DNA of 46,502 bases from a bacterium. GTDB lineage: Bacteria; JAJRZV01. A program made the position numbers and the translations under genes. Below, piece by piece: positions 18,024-27,379 of this stretch. How positions within the stretch are numbered: position 1 is the stretch's first letter; each line of letters starts with the position of its first letter. The DNA lies in the NCBI GenBank assembly GCA_024275095.1, contig JAJRZV010000102.1, forward strand, positions 1-46,502, read 5' to 3'. The notes under the pieces are model-generated. The model was not told the origin of the DNA, searched no databases, and worked only from the letters and a program-made list of their open reading frames with translations.

Positions 18024-19979
18024 TTATTGCTCCTGTGGTGTGATAATCTCGGGAATTTTCGCTTCCTTCAGTACCTTTTCTTTAAATTCGGCATAACTCT
18101 GTGTCTCCACACCTTTACCTCCTTTTTTTCTTACTGCAACGGTTCCGCTTTCCACCTCGCGGGGACCAATTACAATGACATAAGGAATCTTCTGGGTCTC
18201 TGCTTCCCTGACTCTGTATGAAAGCGTCTCATTGCGTGCATCAAGATGGACACGCAGTCCTGCGGCTTTGAGGTCGTTTGTAATCTCCTGTGCTCTTGGT
18301 ACAACGTCATCTTTAAGCGGAATGGTTCGCACCTGTTCAGGCGCGAGCCATACAGGGAAATTTCCTGCGTAGTGTTCCACCAGTATTCCAAAAAAACGCT
18401 CCAGTGATCCGAACAGCGCCCTGTGAATCATGATGGGGCGTTTCATGGTATTGTCAGGAGCAGCATAGTGAAGGTCAAACCGCTCCGGCAGGTTAAAGTC
18501 CACCTGAATGGTAGTGGTCTGCCAGGCACGTCCTATTGCATCCTTTACCTTCACGTCTATCTTGGGCCCGTAAAATACTCCCTCACCAGGGTCAACTGAA
18601 TACTTGAACCCTGCGTTCTCGAGGGCAGCAGCGAGAATTTTTTCTGCGAGGTCCCAGCTTTCCGGAGAACCAACAAACTTTGAGGGGCGTGTCGAAAGAT
18701 ATACTTCGAATTCCTGAAATCCAAAAACATTCATAAACCCCTTCATAAGAAAGAGAATGTCCCGAATCTCCTTTTCCAGCTGGTCTTCGGTAAGAAACAC
18801 GTGGGCATCATCCTGGGTAAACCCCCTTACCCTGAGAAGTCCATGAAGTACGCCAGAACGTTCGAATCTGTAAACCGTGCCAAGCTCTGCAAATCTGAGC
18901 GGAAGGTCACGGTAAGATCGTACACGTGAACGATAAATAAGAATGTGAAATGGACAGTTCATAGGCTTGAGCTGATACGTTACTTCACCCATTTCCATGG
19001 GAGAAAACATGTTCTCACGGTAATAATCCAGATGGCCGCTGGTGGCCCAGAGGTCAATCCGTGCAATGTGAGGAGTATAGATAAGGTGATATCCTCTTTT
19101 AATGTGTTCTTCTTTCCACAAATCTTCGATAATTTTTCTGACCACAGAACCTCGTGGATGCCAGAATACAAGACCCGCACCTGCCTCGTCCTGAATGGAA
19201 AAAAGGTCCAGTTCTCTCCCGAGCACCCGATGGTCACGTCGTTTCGCCTCTTCCAGAAAATCCAGGTATTTTTTTAAGTCCTCATGTGTTGAAAAGGCCG
19301 TGCCGTAAATACGCTGTAGCATATCCCTCTTTTCATCACCGCGCCAGTAGGCACCTGAAGAAGAAAGAAGCTTGAAAGCCTTGATAAATCCTGTAGATGG
19401 AACATGTGGACCACGACACAGGTCCACAAAACCATTATGTTTGTAAATGGAAACCTCTGCATCTTCCAGTTCCCGGATAATTTCCACCTTGAACCGTTCT
19501 CCCCGCTCTTCAAAGAATCGTATGGCTTCCTCTTTTTTCATCGTCTGTCGTTCAAATGAATAGTCCGCCTTTACAATTTCATGCATTCGCTTCTCGATCT
19601 TTTCCAGATCTTCCGGTGAAAAAGGGCGGGCTACCAGAAAATCGTAATAGAAGCCCTCTTCTGTAGCGGGTCCGATACCCAACCGTGCATCAGGATAAAG
19701 CTCTTGAACGGCCTGAGCAAGCACATGAGAGGCGCTGTGGCGCATAATACGGAGTCCGTCAGGAGACGAAATCGTCACAAATTCCACTTCGCACGGACCG
19801 GTTATCAAATGAAACAAATCCACCAGCTCTTTTGAATCCACTCGTGCACCAACAATGGGTTCGTTTTCTTTCAGCTGGGCTACCACCATTTGAAGGAGTT
19901 CTCTCACCGTAACAGGACGTGAGAGAGCTATTTCCTGAGAGCTTTCTTTCAGTTTAACTGTGAAATGATGTGAATTCAT
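18024..19979 (-). CDS. thrS: Threonine-tRNA ligase
   Basis: RHSASH, DLCRGPH, KPMNCP, RVRGFTQDDAH and HRALFGSLERF motifs. Confidence 0.97.
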   Translation of the reverse strand: MNSHHFTVKLKESSQEIALSRPVTVRELLQMVVAQLKENEPIVGARVDSKELVDLFHLITGPCEVEFVTISSPDGLRIMRHSASHVLAQAVQELYPDARLGIGPATEEGFYYDFLVARPFSPEDLEKIEKRMHEIVKADYSFERQTMKKEEAIRFFEERGERFKVEIIRELEDAEVSIYKHNGFVDLCRGPHVPSTGFIKAFKLLSSSGAYWRGDEKRDMLQRIYGTAFSTHEDLKKYLDFLEEAKRRDHRVLGRELDLFSIQDEAGAGLVFWHPRGSVVRKIIEDLWKEEHIKRGYHLIYTPHIARIDLWATSGHLDYYRENMFSPMEMGEVTYQLKPMNCPFHILIYRSRVRSYRDLPLRFAELGTVYRFERSGVLHGLLRVRGFTQDDAHVFLTEDQLEKEIRDILFLMKGFMNVFGFQEFEVYLSTRPSKFVGSPESWDLAEKILAAALENAGFKYSVDPGEGVFYGPKIDVKVKDAIGRAWQTTTIQVDFNLPERFDLHYAAPDNTMKRPIMIHRALFGSLERFFGILVEHYAGNFPVWLAPEQVRTIPLKDDVVPRAQEITNDLKAAGLRVHLDARNETLSYRVREAETQKIPYVIVIGPREVESGTVAVRKKGGKGVETQSYAEFKEKVLKEAKIPEIITPQEQ

Positions 19980-20110
19980 TCAGGCAGACTTATCATTGAG
20001 AATTAAAATTGGTGGGTAAAAAATCGGAAATTTTTTGTGGTGTACCAGAACAGTGATTTTCGACGTGCGTTCTCACCCGCATACACCATAAACCCGTTTA
20101 AAAACGTACA

Positions 20111-20182
20111 TAGGCACGGGCGGGTTCGAACCGCCGACCTCTGCCGTGTGAGAGCAGCGCTCTCCCCCTGAGCTACGTGCCT
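20111..20182 (-). tRNA. tRNA-Val (CAC), CCA not encoded
   Basis: AGGCACG TA GCTC-AGGGGGA-GAGC G CTGCT-CTCACAC-GGCAG AGGTC GGCGG-TTCGAAC-CCGCC CGTGCCT A. Confidence 0.93.
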
Positions 20183-20211
20183 ATATAAATTCATCTTCAT
20201 GGTGAAAATAT

Positions 20212-20240
20212 ATTATTGAATGCGCTCTTTCTTATGTCAA
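20212..20240 (-). promoter_or_regulatory. Sigma70-type promoter for tRNA-Val/thrS operon
   Basis: TTGACA (20240-20235), 17-nt spacer, AATAAT (20217-20212). Confidence 0.6.
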
Positions 20241-20331
20241 GAAAGAGAAAATGCACTGAATTCAGTGCCCACGTGAAATGCGAGCACATTTTACACACCA
20301 CTGTGATTCGTGGGCATTAATCACAACCCGC

Positions 20332-21405
20332 TTACACAAAAGGTATTGCAGTAACAGTTGCTTCAAAAGCCTTGCCGCGCACAATGATTTCGACAGTTGA
20401 GCCTTCCTCAACTTCAGCCGGTATAAATGCAAGGGCAATTCCTTTTTTCAGAACAGGAGAATATCCGCCGCTTGTTACAATTCCGTCTCCCCTGGGGGTC
20501 TTCACCGTGTAACCTTCACGCGGCACGCCCCTATCCTTCATTGCAAGTCCTCTGATCCGGTAGCTTGTCCCTTCGGCAAGATGCTGCATTATAATATCCT
20601 TTCCTACAAAGTTTTTGTTTGTATCCACGAACCTCTCCAAGGAGCACTCCACGGGGGAGCGTTCCTCCGTAAGCTCATGGCCGTAAAGAGGGAATCCCTT
20701 CTCCAATCGCAAAGTATCTCTCGCTCCCAATCCACAGGGTACCAGCTCCCATTTCTTTCCGGCATTCATCAATTCATTCCACAAATCCGTGGCAACAGAT
20801 GCATCCACAAAAATTTCAAAACCATCTTCTCCGGTATAACCGGTACGCGCGATCATAACGTCTGTTCCTTTATAGGAGACTCTTGTAAACCACCATCTTT
20901 TCACCTTGCCGACATTGTTATTCACAACAGATGAAACGATTTCCCATGCATTTGGCCCCTGCACAGAAATAATACATATCCGATCACGCAGAAACTCGAG
21001 TTTGTCACCGGGTCTCAGATGTTCACTGAAATAATCCTTTATCTTGTAAGCATTTGAGGCATTAACAACGCAGAAAAACGTATCCACTGACTCACGATAC
21101 ACAATAATATCATCCCTGACTCCACCACTTTCATTCATTACCAAAGTGTACCGCGCCCTGCCACATTCCACATCTACGTTGTTCGATGTAAGAAACTGAA
21201 GCATCGCAAGCACACCCGGGCCTTTCAATTTCATGGGAGCCATGTGGGAAACATCAAAAATTCCTGCGCTCTTCCTCACAGCAAGGTGTTCTTCGATTAC
21301 TGAAGAATACTGAACGGGCATTTCATACCCGGCAAAAGGTACAAACCTGGCACCCAATTCACAGTGCTTTTCGTAAAGAGGTGTTTTCAAAACTTCCTGA
21401 GACAT
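20332..21405 (-). CDS. gcvT: Glycine cleavage system aminomethyltransferase T
   Basis: FAGYEMPVQY, FDVSHM, RTGYTGEDGFE and GLGARDTLRLE motifs. Confidence 0.95.
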   Translation of the reverse strand: MSQEVLKTPLYEKHCELGARFVPFAGYEMPVQYSSVIEEHLAVRKSAGIFDVSHMAPMKLKGPGVLAMLQFLTSNNVDVECGRARYTLVMNESGGVRDDIIVYRESVDTFFCVVNASNAYKIKDYFSEHLRPGDKLEFLRDRICIISVQGPNAWEIVSSVVNNNVGKVKRWWFTRVSYKGTDVMIARTGYTGEDGFEIFVDASVATDLWNELMNAGKKWELVPCGLGARDTLRLEKGFPLYGHELTEERSPVECSLERFVDTNKNFVGKDIIMQHLAEGTSYRIRGLAMKDRGVPREGYTVKTPRGDGIVTSGGYSPVLKKGIALAFIPAEVEEGSTVEIIVRGKAFEATVTAIPFV

Positions 21406-21977
21406 TGTAAATACCTCCTGGCCGCGTCCACCGCCTCACTGTAGCGTCCTTTAATAATCACACCGTGAAACCTTTTTATAATCTCAGGCAGTGTATCTAA
21501 ATCAAATAACCTTTTCGCTTCAATTTCAAGAAATACAGGTGAGACATGTGATGCGTGATGGGATTCACCGGTTGTAACAGTAAAATTCCAGGGATGTGCT
21601 TCAGCGACATTTATACTTCTTACACCTACAACCACATCTTTCTGCGAAAAGGCCAGCTCAGATAACCCCTGGGCCTCAGCATCGAGAAGAAAAACTCTTA
21701 CACCTGAATATAAAAGCGAATTAATAATGCGTTCTACACGCTCTTCGCTTCCAAGCTCAAGGATTACAGGCACTCCCTCCCATGCAAGAAGAATTGCACA
21801 TATTTCAGGAAGCAGCGCATTCCTTCCACCATCAGCGACAAGCACCGGGCCGTAATGCCTTGCCCATTCCGTTGCGCGCATAATCCACTGATAGAATTCC
21901 GCTTGAAGCGGGGTTACGAGACGCCAGATACACACTCCTTTTTTGTAAATGAAATCCGTAAAAAAGTGGTGCCTCAC
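21387..21977 (-). CDS. Hypothetical protein, possibly a degenerate MetF-like barrel
   Basis: ORF fills the gap exactly, overlapping the folD stop (GTGA) and the gcvT start. Confidence 0.6.
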   Translation of the reverse strand: MRHHFFTDFIYKKGVCIWRLVTPLQAEFYQWIMRATEWARHYGPVLVADGGRNALLPEICAILLAWEGVPVILELGSEERVERIINSLLYSGVRVFLLDAEAQGLSELAFSQKDVVVGVRSINVAEAHPWNFTVTTGESHHASHVSPVFLEIEAKRLFDLDTLPEIIKRFHGVIIKGRYSEAVDAARRYLQCLRKF

Positions 21978-22831
21978 GCCCGGGTCTGAATATACGCCGC
22001 CTGAAGGGTATTCTTCAACAACATGGCTACCGTCATGGGACCAACACCACCTGGCACGGGAGTAATGTATGAGGCTTTCTCTTTCACTTCCTCAAACTCA
22101 ACATCCCCTGTGAGTTTCCCGTCTTCCCTTCTGTTCATGCCCACATCTATCACACATGCACCTGGTTTAACCCAATCACCCCTGACAAGTCCCGCTCTGC
22201 CTGCAGCAGCAATAACAATATCTGCCTCGGCAGCAATTTCACTTATATTGGGAGTTTTGGAATGGCACACCGTTACAGTGGCGTCGTGCTTGATAAGCAA
22301 CAGAGCCATGGGACGCCCAACAATAATACTTCTGCCAATCACGACAGCTCTTTTGCCGCGCACCCCGACCTTATATTCCTCAAACATCCGCATAATCCCA
22401 AGCGGAGTACACGGCACAAAACGCGGTGTTCCTATTGAAAGCAATCCTATGTTTTCCGGATGAAAGCCATCAACATCTTTAAGCGGATTTATCATGTTAA
22501 TGAACTTGTGAGAATCCAGATGTTCCGGCAAAGGAAGCTGGAGCAAAATGCCGTGTACATTTTCGTCATTGTTGAGTTCTTGTATCAGTGACTCCAGTTC
22601 TTCCGACGAAATCGAAGACGACAAACGATGAATTGTGGACTGGATTCCGACCTCTTCGCACGAGCGTTTTTTATTTCTCACGTAGAGCTGAGAGGCAGGG
22701 TCATCACCCACAAGAATTACATTTAGTGCAGGTGCATACCCATGGCGCTGCGTAAATTCTTCCACTTCACGCTTTACCTCTGCCCTCACGCGAGAAGCTA
22801 AACTTTTCCCGTCTATGATTGTAGCCATCAC
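21974..22831 (-). CDS. folD: Methylenetetrahydrofolate dehydrogenase/cyclohydrolase
   Basis: GILLQLPLP, KDVDGFHP, PCTPLG and TPVPGGVGPMT motifs. Confidence 0.97.
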   Translation of the reverse strand: MMATIIDGKSLASRVRAEVKREVEEFTQRHGYAPALNVILVGDDPASQLYVRNKKRSCEEVGIQSTIHRLSSSISSEELESLIQELNNDENVHGILLQLPLPEHLDSHKFINMINPLKDVDGFHPENIGLLSIGTPRFVPCTPLGIMRMFEEYKVGVRGKRAVVIGRSIIVGRPMALLLIKHDATVTVCHSKTPNISEIAAEADIVIAAAGRAGLVRGDWVKPGACVIDVGMNRREDGKLTGDVEFEEVKEKASYITPVPGGVGPMTVAMLLKNTLQAAYIQTRA

Positions 22832-22864
22832 TCAGCGTGTATATGGACGAATTCGGGCCACTGA

Positions 22865-23047
22865 TTATCCGTTCTTTCTCTTTCTACCGCGACGTTTTTT
22901 CCTTTCCACCGGACCGAAGATGCGGTTCACCATGATTTCCGGATCAATCATCTCACCACAGTTGAGGCAGTGCCAGCCTGCGAAGATGTCCGTCATCTCC
23001 TGGTACCGCTCCCACATCATCTTTCCACCACACTTTGGGCACTTCAT
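22865..23047 (-). CDS. Small zinc-ribbon protein with basic tail
   Basis: CPKC...CLNC, preceded by a strong G-rich SD (AGGGGGG). Confidence 0.75.
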   Translation of the reverse strand: MKCPKCGGKMMWERYQEMTDIFAGWHCLNCGEMIDPEIMVNRIFGPVERKKRRGRKRKNG

Positions 23048-23094
23048 TTCAGATCCCCCCTGTTCTTAATAATGTATCACTCAATACGCTTAAC

Positions 23095-23367
23095 TCATTT
23101 TTTTGTTTCACCGGCCGCTCCCTTGGTAGACTTTTCTGCTGAATTTTGCACACTTTTTGAGCCCTCACCACCAGATTTTTCACTTTTAGAAGAATAACCA
23201 TCTGCATACCATCCTCCGCCTTTAAGCACAAAATGAGTCATAGAAATGAGTTTTTTAATGGACCTGCTCCCACACCGGGGGCATGTGTGTAAAGGTTCTT
23301 CTGTAATTCTCTGTTCCACCTCCATTACCTGGTTACATCCACTGCAGTAATATTCGTACACCGGCAT
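23095..23367 (-). CDS. FmdB-family zinc-ribbon protein
   Basis: MPVYEYYCSGC...CPRCG...FVLKGGGWYADGY; ATG at 23367. Confidence 0.9.
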   Translation of the reverse strand: MPVYEYYCSGCNQVMEVEQRITEEPLHTCPRCGSRSIKKLISMTHFVLKGGGWYADGYSSKSEKSGGEGSKSVQNSAEKSTKGAAGETKK

Positions 23368-23432
23368 GATTTCACCCCCTTCTGTGAGGATGTCCGCCCA
23401 AATATTAGTCACCTCAACCATCTTCGGCAACC

Positions 23433-23681
23433 CTAACCTTTCTTAATCCTAATCTTTTTCACTTTAGCAGTAACACCGGAAATAATCTCCACGCACGAGA
23501 GGGACACATCAAAATATTCAGCTAATATACCTCTCACCTCCCGATTTGCTTTTCCTTTTTCCGGTGGTGAACTAACCTTAACAATGTAATCCTTATCTCC
23601 CATCTTCTTTACCTCTCTTTTTCTGGCCCTGGGAATAACTTTAACGTTTATAATAAACGAGTCCTTTTCGTCCTCTTTCAG
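23433..23681 (-). CDS. yggU: DUF167/YggU-family protein (absent from the ORF track; non-canonical start)
   Basis: Manual translation: (L)KEDEKDSFIINVKVIPRARKREVKKMGDKDYIVKVSSPPEKGKANREVRGILAEYFDVSLSCVEIISGVTAKVKKIRIKKG*. Follows divIVA. Confidence 0.85.
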   Translation of the reverse strand: MKEDEKDSFIINVKVIPRARKREVKKMGDKDYIVKVSSPPEKGKANREVRGILAEYFDVSLSCVEIISGVTAKVKKIRIKKG

Positions 23682-24184
23682 GATTCCTCCCCTTTTCGGC
23701 TGATGAATTCAATTCTTTCCTCTATATTTGTACCCTCTGGTTCCTCATCAACTTCGAGTAGTTTCAGATGCGTCGTGAGAATGGATTTCAATTCCTGTAC
23801 AAGCTTTATCTTCTGCCTTCGCAGTTCCTTGATTTCATCGAAAATTTCAATAGACCGAAGCTGAGCCGTGTTCACAATCTCCTGAGCCTTCATCTTCGCC
23901 TCAGCGAGAATGATCTCGGCCTCCTTTCTGGCATTCTGTTCAATTTCCTCCCGCACTTTCTGGACTGTAATCATGGTGTCCTTCAATATTTCTTCTTTCT
24001 CCTTCAATGATGCGAGTTCTGCGCTTACCCTCTGGAGTTCTTCTTTCAGCTGGTGGTTCTCTCTAATTGCAGCTTCATATTCGTTACGCACGAGTTCGAG
24101 AAATGCATCAACCTCACCAGGGTCATAACCCCAGAATCTTTTCCTGAACACATGATGTAAAATATCGAGCGGTGTCAACTTCAT
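23678..24184 (-). CDS. divIVA: DivIVA-domain protein
   Basis: MKLTPLDI...F....WGYDPGEVDAFL followed by a coiled coil. Confidence 0.9.
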   Translation of the reverse strand: MKLTPLDILHHVFRKRFWGYDPGEVDAFLELVRNEYEAAIRENHQLKEELQRVSAELASLKEKEEILKDTMITVQKVREEIEQNARKEAEIILAEAKMKAQEIVNTAQLRSIEIFDEIKELRRQKIKLVQELKSILTTHLKLLEVDEEPEGTNIEERIEFISRKGEES

Positions 24185-24193
24185 AACATATAA

Positions 24194-24222
24194 AATTTAA
24201 TAAAAATGAAAATTCATGTCAA
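24194..24222 (-). promoter_or_regulatory. Sigma70-type promoter immediately upstream of divIVA
   Basis: TTGACA (24222-24217), 17-nt spacer, TAAATT (24199-24194). Confidence 0.55.
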
Positions 24223-24279
24223 GAAGAAAAAGAATTCAAGAAATAACAACCTGCTAAACTCAGAAGTTTATCTGTTTTT

Positions 24280-24855
24280 TTAGAATCCCATATTAAATTT
24301 AATTCCTCCCAGAAGGTTAAAAAATGTCATATCCGCCTCTCCGCGCCATGTATGAACTACCATTTCACCAGTAAGAGCCACTGTACGGGTCAGCCAGTAG
24401 TCAACACCACCTGAAAAAATCCAGTCGAAGCTCAGGCCTGTACCTGTTGCACACTGTGTAATTCCCCACCCAACGTCAACACATACCCTCTGTATCCCCA
24501 GAGCGAGGCCAAAACCTGTCCTCAAAAACATGCTCAGGTTTCTTATGTTCTTGGGTACCACTGCATATTTGACATTAAGAATGTCAATGTTTAAAGCCCA
24601 TATCCCTCCCTCGTACCATCCAGACGAAAAGTTGAAACCCAGGGCGAGATTTTTCAGGATGAAATATTCCGGGTATACATTAGAAAACATAAATCCTGCT
24701 GGCATGAGAAATCCAGGACCTACAGAAAAGCCAATCTGTAACTCCCGATTGAGCCTGGGCGCATTATCAGCATGGGCAAACGGGGTGGCAACTGTCCCGC
24801 CAAGTAATGCTGCTGCAATCCCAATCGTTATTCCCATTTTTTTCAAATCCACCAT
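24280..24855 (-). CDS. Putative small outer-membrane beta-barrel protein
   Basis: Signal peptide ending AHA, alternating Gly/aromatic beta-strand patterns (GGVDYWL, GGIKFN), C-terminal Phe. Confidence 0.6.
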   Translation of the reverse strand: MVDLKKMGITIGIAAALLGGTVATPFAHADNAPRLNRELQIGFSVGPGFLMPAGFMFSNVYPEYFILKNLALGFNFSSGWYEGGIWALNIDILNVKYAVVPKNIRNLSMFLRTGFGLALGIQRVCVDVGWGITQCATGTGLSFDWIFSGGVDYWLTRTVALTGEMVVHTWRGEADMTFFNLLGGIKFNMGF

Positions 24856-25042
24856 TACAACCTCCCTTCGATTAATTGTGATAATTCATTCTATGTTAAC
24901 AAAGTTGTACTTTCATTAAAAATCAGGAGTCCAGCCGGGTTATGGTGTAATTGTAAACGGTCTCCCTCTTAAATTTTTATGAAAATTTCTTGATTTTAAT
25001 CCTCAGTAGCATATATCCTTTGCGCCCAAAAGGAGGGATAAC

Positions 25043-25960
25043 GTGGCTTATGCACACACAGATGATGGTGTAAAACTCTACTATGAAAAACATGGCAGAG
25101 GTGAGCCGACAATTGTATGCTGCAATGGCATAGGCGTTTCTACATTCTTTTGGAAATACATTATTCAGCATTTCTCTCGTCAGGGTTCTGTCATCGTGTG
25201 GGATTACCGAGGTCACGGGCGCTCTTCATATCCACCAGACCTGAACAATCTCACCATGGAGCGAAATGCTCGAGACGTGGCCGCCGTAATGGATGCAGCC
25301 GGGGTGAAAAAGGCTGTGCTTATAGGGCACAGCATGGGCACTCAGGTAATTTATGAATTTTACCGGCTTTTCCCTCAGCGAACCCTTGCCCTTGTCCCGG
25401 TTCTTGGTACCTATAAACATCCAGCCGACACTTTCTTCAACACATCGCTCTCAAAATATGTACTGTTTTTCGTTGCAGACTTTGCAGAAAAACACCCCAG
25501 AATCACACGAAAGGTCTGGGATTTTATGTTCACTCCGTGGCTGGGGTTTCATGCAGCACGTCTTTTCATTATTCATCCCACACTTTGTTCTTTTGAAGAC
25601 ATGAAGCCCTATTTTTACCATCTTCGAGAACTTAAAATGGAAGTATTCTTCAATATGGCTCGAAAAATGCAGGAACACAGTGCAGAAAAGGTGTTGCCGA
25701 AAATAAAAGTGCCCACTCTCATCATAGGAGGAGAAAAAGATGTGTTCACGCCCTCCTATCTTTCTTATGAAATGAACCGCCTTATCCCCAATTCCCGACT
25801 TCTCATGATAAAACAGGGAAGTCACGCGGCACTGGTGGAGCAACCAGACCTTATTAACTGCGAGCTTGATCGTTTTCTAAGAGAAAACGGTATCCTCCCG
25901 CCGCTTGGAAAAAAAGCAAGACCTGTAAGAAAAAAGAAGACGCAAAAGAAACCCTCATGA
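25043..25960 (+). CDS. Alpha/beta fold hydrolase
   Basis: WDYRGHGRS, nucleophile elbow GHSMG, GEKD and GSHA. Confidence 0.9.
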   Translation: MAYAHTDDGVKLYYEKHGRGEPTIVCCNGIGVSTFFWKYIIQHFSRQGSVIVWDYRGHGRSSYPPDLNNLTMERNARDVAAVMDAAGVKKAVLIGHSMGTQVIYEFYRLFPQRTLALVPVLGTYKHPADTFFNTSLSKYVLFFVADFAEKHPRITRKVWDFMFTPWLGFHAARLFIIHPTLCSFEDMKPYFYHLRELKMEVFFNMARKMQEHSAEKVLPKIKVPTLIIGGEKDVFTPSYLSYEMNRLIPNSRLLMIKQGSHAALVEQPDLINCELDRFLRENGILPPLGKKARPVRKKKTQKKPS

Positions 25961-26000
25961 TCGCGCTCATTACTTTTTAGTCCGCGCACATTGATTAACA

Positions 26001-27368
26001 ATGAACTTTTTAAAAAAAATCTTGAGTCGCCGGAGAAAGAAACGCCTGCTTGTTATCGGTCTCGACGGTGTGCCCCCGGAGATGGCGTATGATGACCCGG
26101 GTCTTCACCTTCCACACCTGAGAAATCTCTTCGCATCAAGTGCAACCTATCGCATGAAGACCATCATACCACCCATTACAGTACCTGCGTGGGCATGTAT
26201 GGTTACAGGAAAAACGCCCGGTGAACTTGGTATATACGGGTTCCGTAACCGGCGTGCCGGTGCCTACCAGCTCGACATTGTTACATCACTGGATATTCAC
26301 CACTCCGCAATATGGGATGTTCTGGGCCGAAAAGGTAAAAACGTGTGCGTTATCGGTGTGCCCCCATCCTATCCACCACGCCCTGTCAATGGAATCATGC
26401 TCGGATGCTTTCTCACTCCTGATTCAGACAGCCCATATGCCTACCCTCCAGAGATAAAATCTGAAATCGAAGCGAACGTAGGACCTTTTCAGTTTGACGT
26501 AAGAAAATTTCGAACCGATGATAAAGAAAATCTGCTTCAACAAATTTATGATTTAACAGAATACAGGTTCCGTCTCTACCGGTATTTCATCAGACGCAGT
26601 GAGTGGGATTTCCTGATGTTCGTCGATATGGGACCTGACCGCATGCACCACGGATTCTGGAAATTTTACGACCCGCATCACATCCGTTATCAAAAAGACC
26701 ATCCGCTTAACTCTGCAATGCACAGGTACTACGCTGAACTGGACAAAAAAATAGGTGAACTTCTCGAAGATGTGGACGATACCACCACAGTGGTCGTCGT
26801 ATCTGACCACGGCGCGAAACGCATGGACGGTGGCATTTGTATCAACGAATGGCTCATGAAACACGGCTATCTTCACCTCACGCGTGCGCCGGATGGCATA
26901 GAACGAGTGGATGATATCGGGATTGACTGGTCACGAACAATTGCCTGGGGAGAGGGAGGATATTATGGACGCATATTCCTCAATATCAAAGGACGTGAAA
27001 AAAACGGCGTCCTCAGTCCCAAGGATGCCGAAAAGGTGAAACGTGAAATTATCGAAGGACTGGAAGAGCTCGGCGACGAGAATGGTCAACCGATAGGAAC
27101 AAAAGTGTACAAACCCGAGGATATCTATCCTGAAGCTGCAGGTACTCCTCCCGACCTCATCGCAATCTTCGGGGATCTGCACTGGCGTTCCATTGGAAGT
27201 GTAGGGTATGGTTCATTCTGGACCCGCGAAAACGATACCGGACCTGATGATGCCAACCATTCATGGCATGGAATTTTCAGCGTCACCGCTGACACCAGCA
27301 ATCGAGGAGATGCAGGAGAAATATCCATCCTGGATATACACAAGATATTACTTTCTCATCTGGAATAA
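26001..27368 (+). CDS. Alkaline phosphatase superfamily (type I phosphodiesterase/NPP-like) protein
   Basis: [14 protein letters not shown]...TGK.PG, DRMHH, VSDHG and DANH motifs. Confidence 0.85.
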   Translation: MNFLKKILSRRRKKRLLVIGLDGVPPEMAYDDPGLHLPHLRNLFASSATYRMKTIIPPITVPAWACMVTGKTPGELGIYGFRNRRAGAYQLDIVTSLDIHHSAIWDVLGRKGKNVCVIGVPPSYPPRPVNGIMLGCFLTPDSDSPYAYPPEIKSEIEANVGPFQFDVRKFRTDDKENLLQQIYDLTEYRFRLYRYFIRRSEWDFLMFVDMGPDRMHHGFWKFYDPHHIRYQKDHPLNSAMHRYYAELDKKIGELLEDVDDTTTVVVVSDHGAKRMDGGICINEWLMKHGYLHLTRAPDGIERVDDIGIDWSRTIAWGEGGYYGRIFLNIKGREKNGVLSPKDAEKVKREIIEGLEELGDENGQPIGTKVYKPEDIYPEAAGTPPDLIAIFGDLHWRSIGSVGYGSFWTRENDTGPDDANHSWHGIFSVTADTSNRGDAGEISILDIHKILLSHLE

Positions 27369-27379
27369 AGGAGGGAACG

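Noticed and set aside
20003-20200. 65-aa ORF upstream of thrS
   Set aside because: It overlaps tRNA-Val. No T-box or leader peptide was recognised.
23682-23700. Programmed -1 frameshift fusing DivIVA to YggU at CGA AAA GGG
   Set aside because: It does not fit the X XXY YYZ pattern in the divIVA frame; coupled CTG initiation is the simpler explanation.
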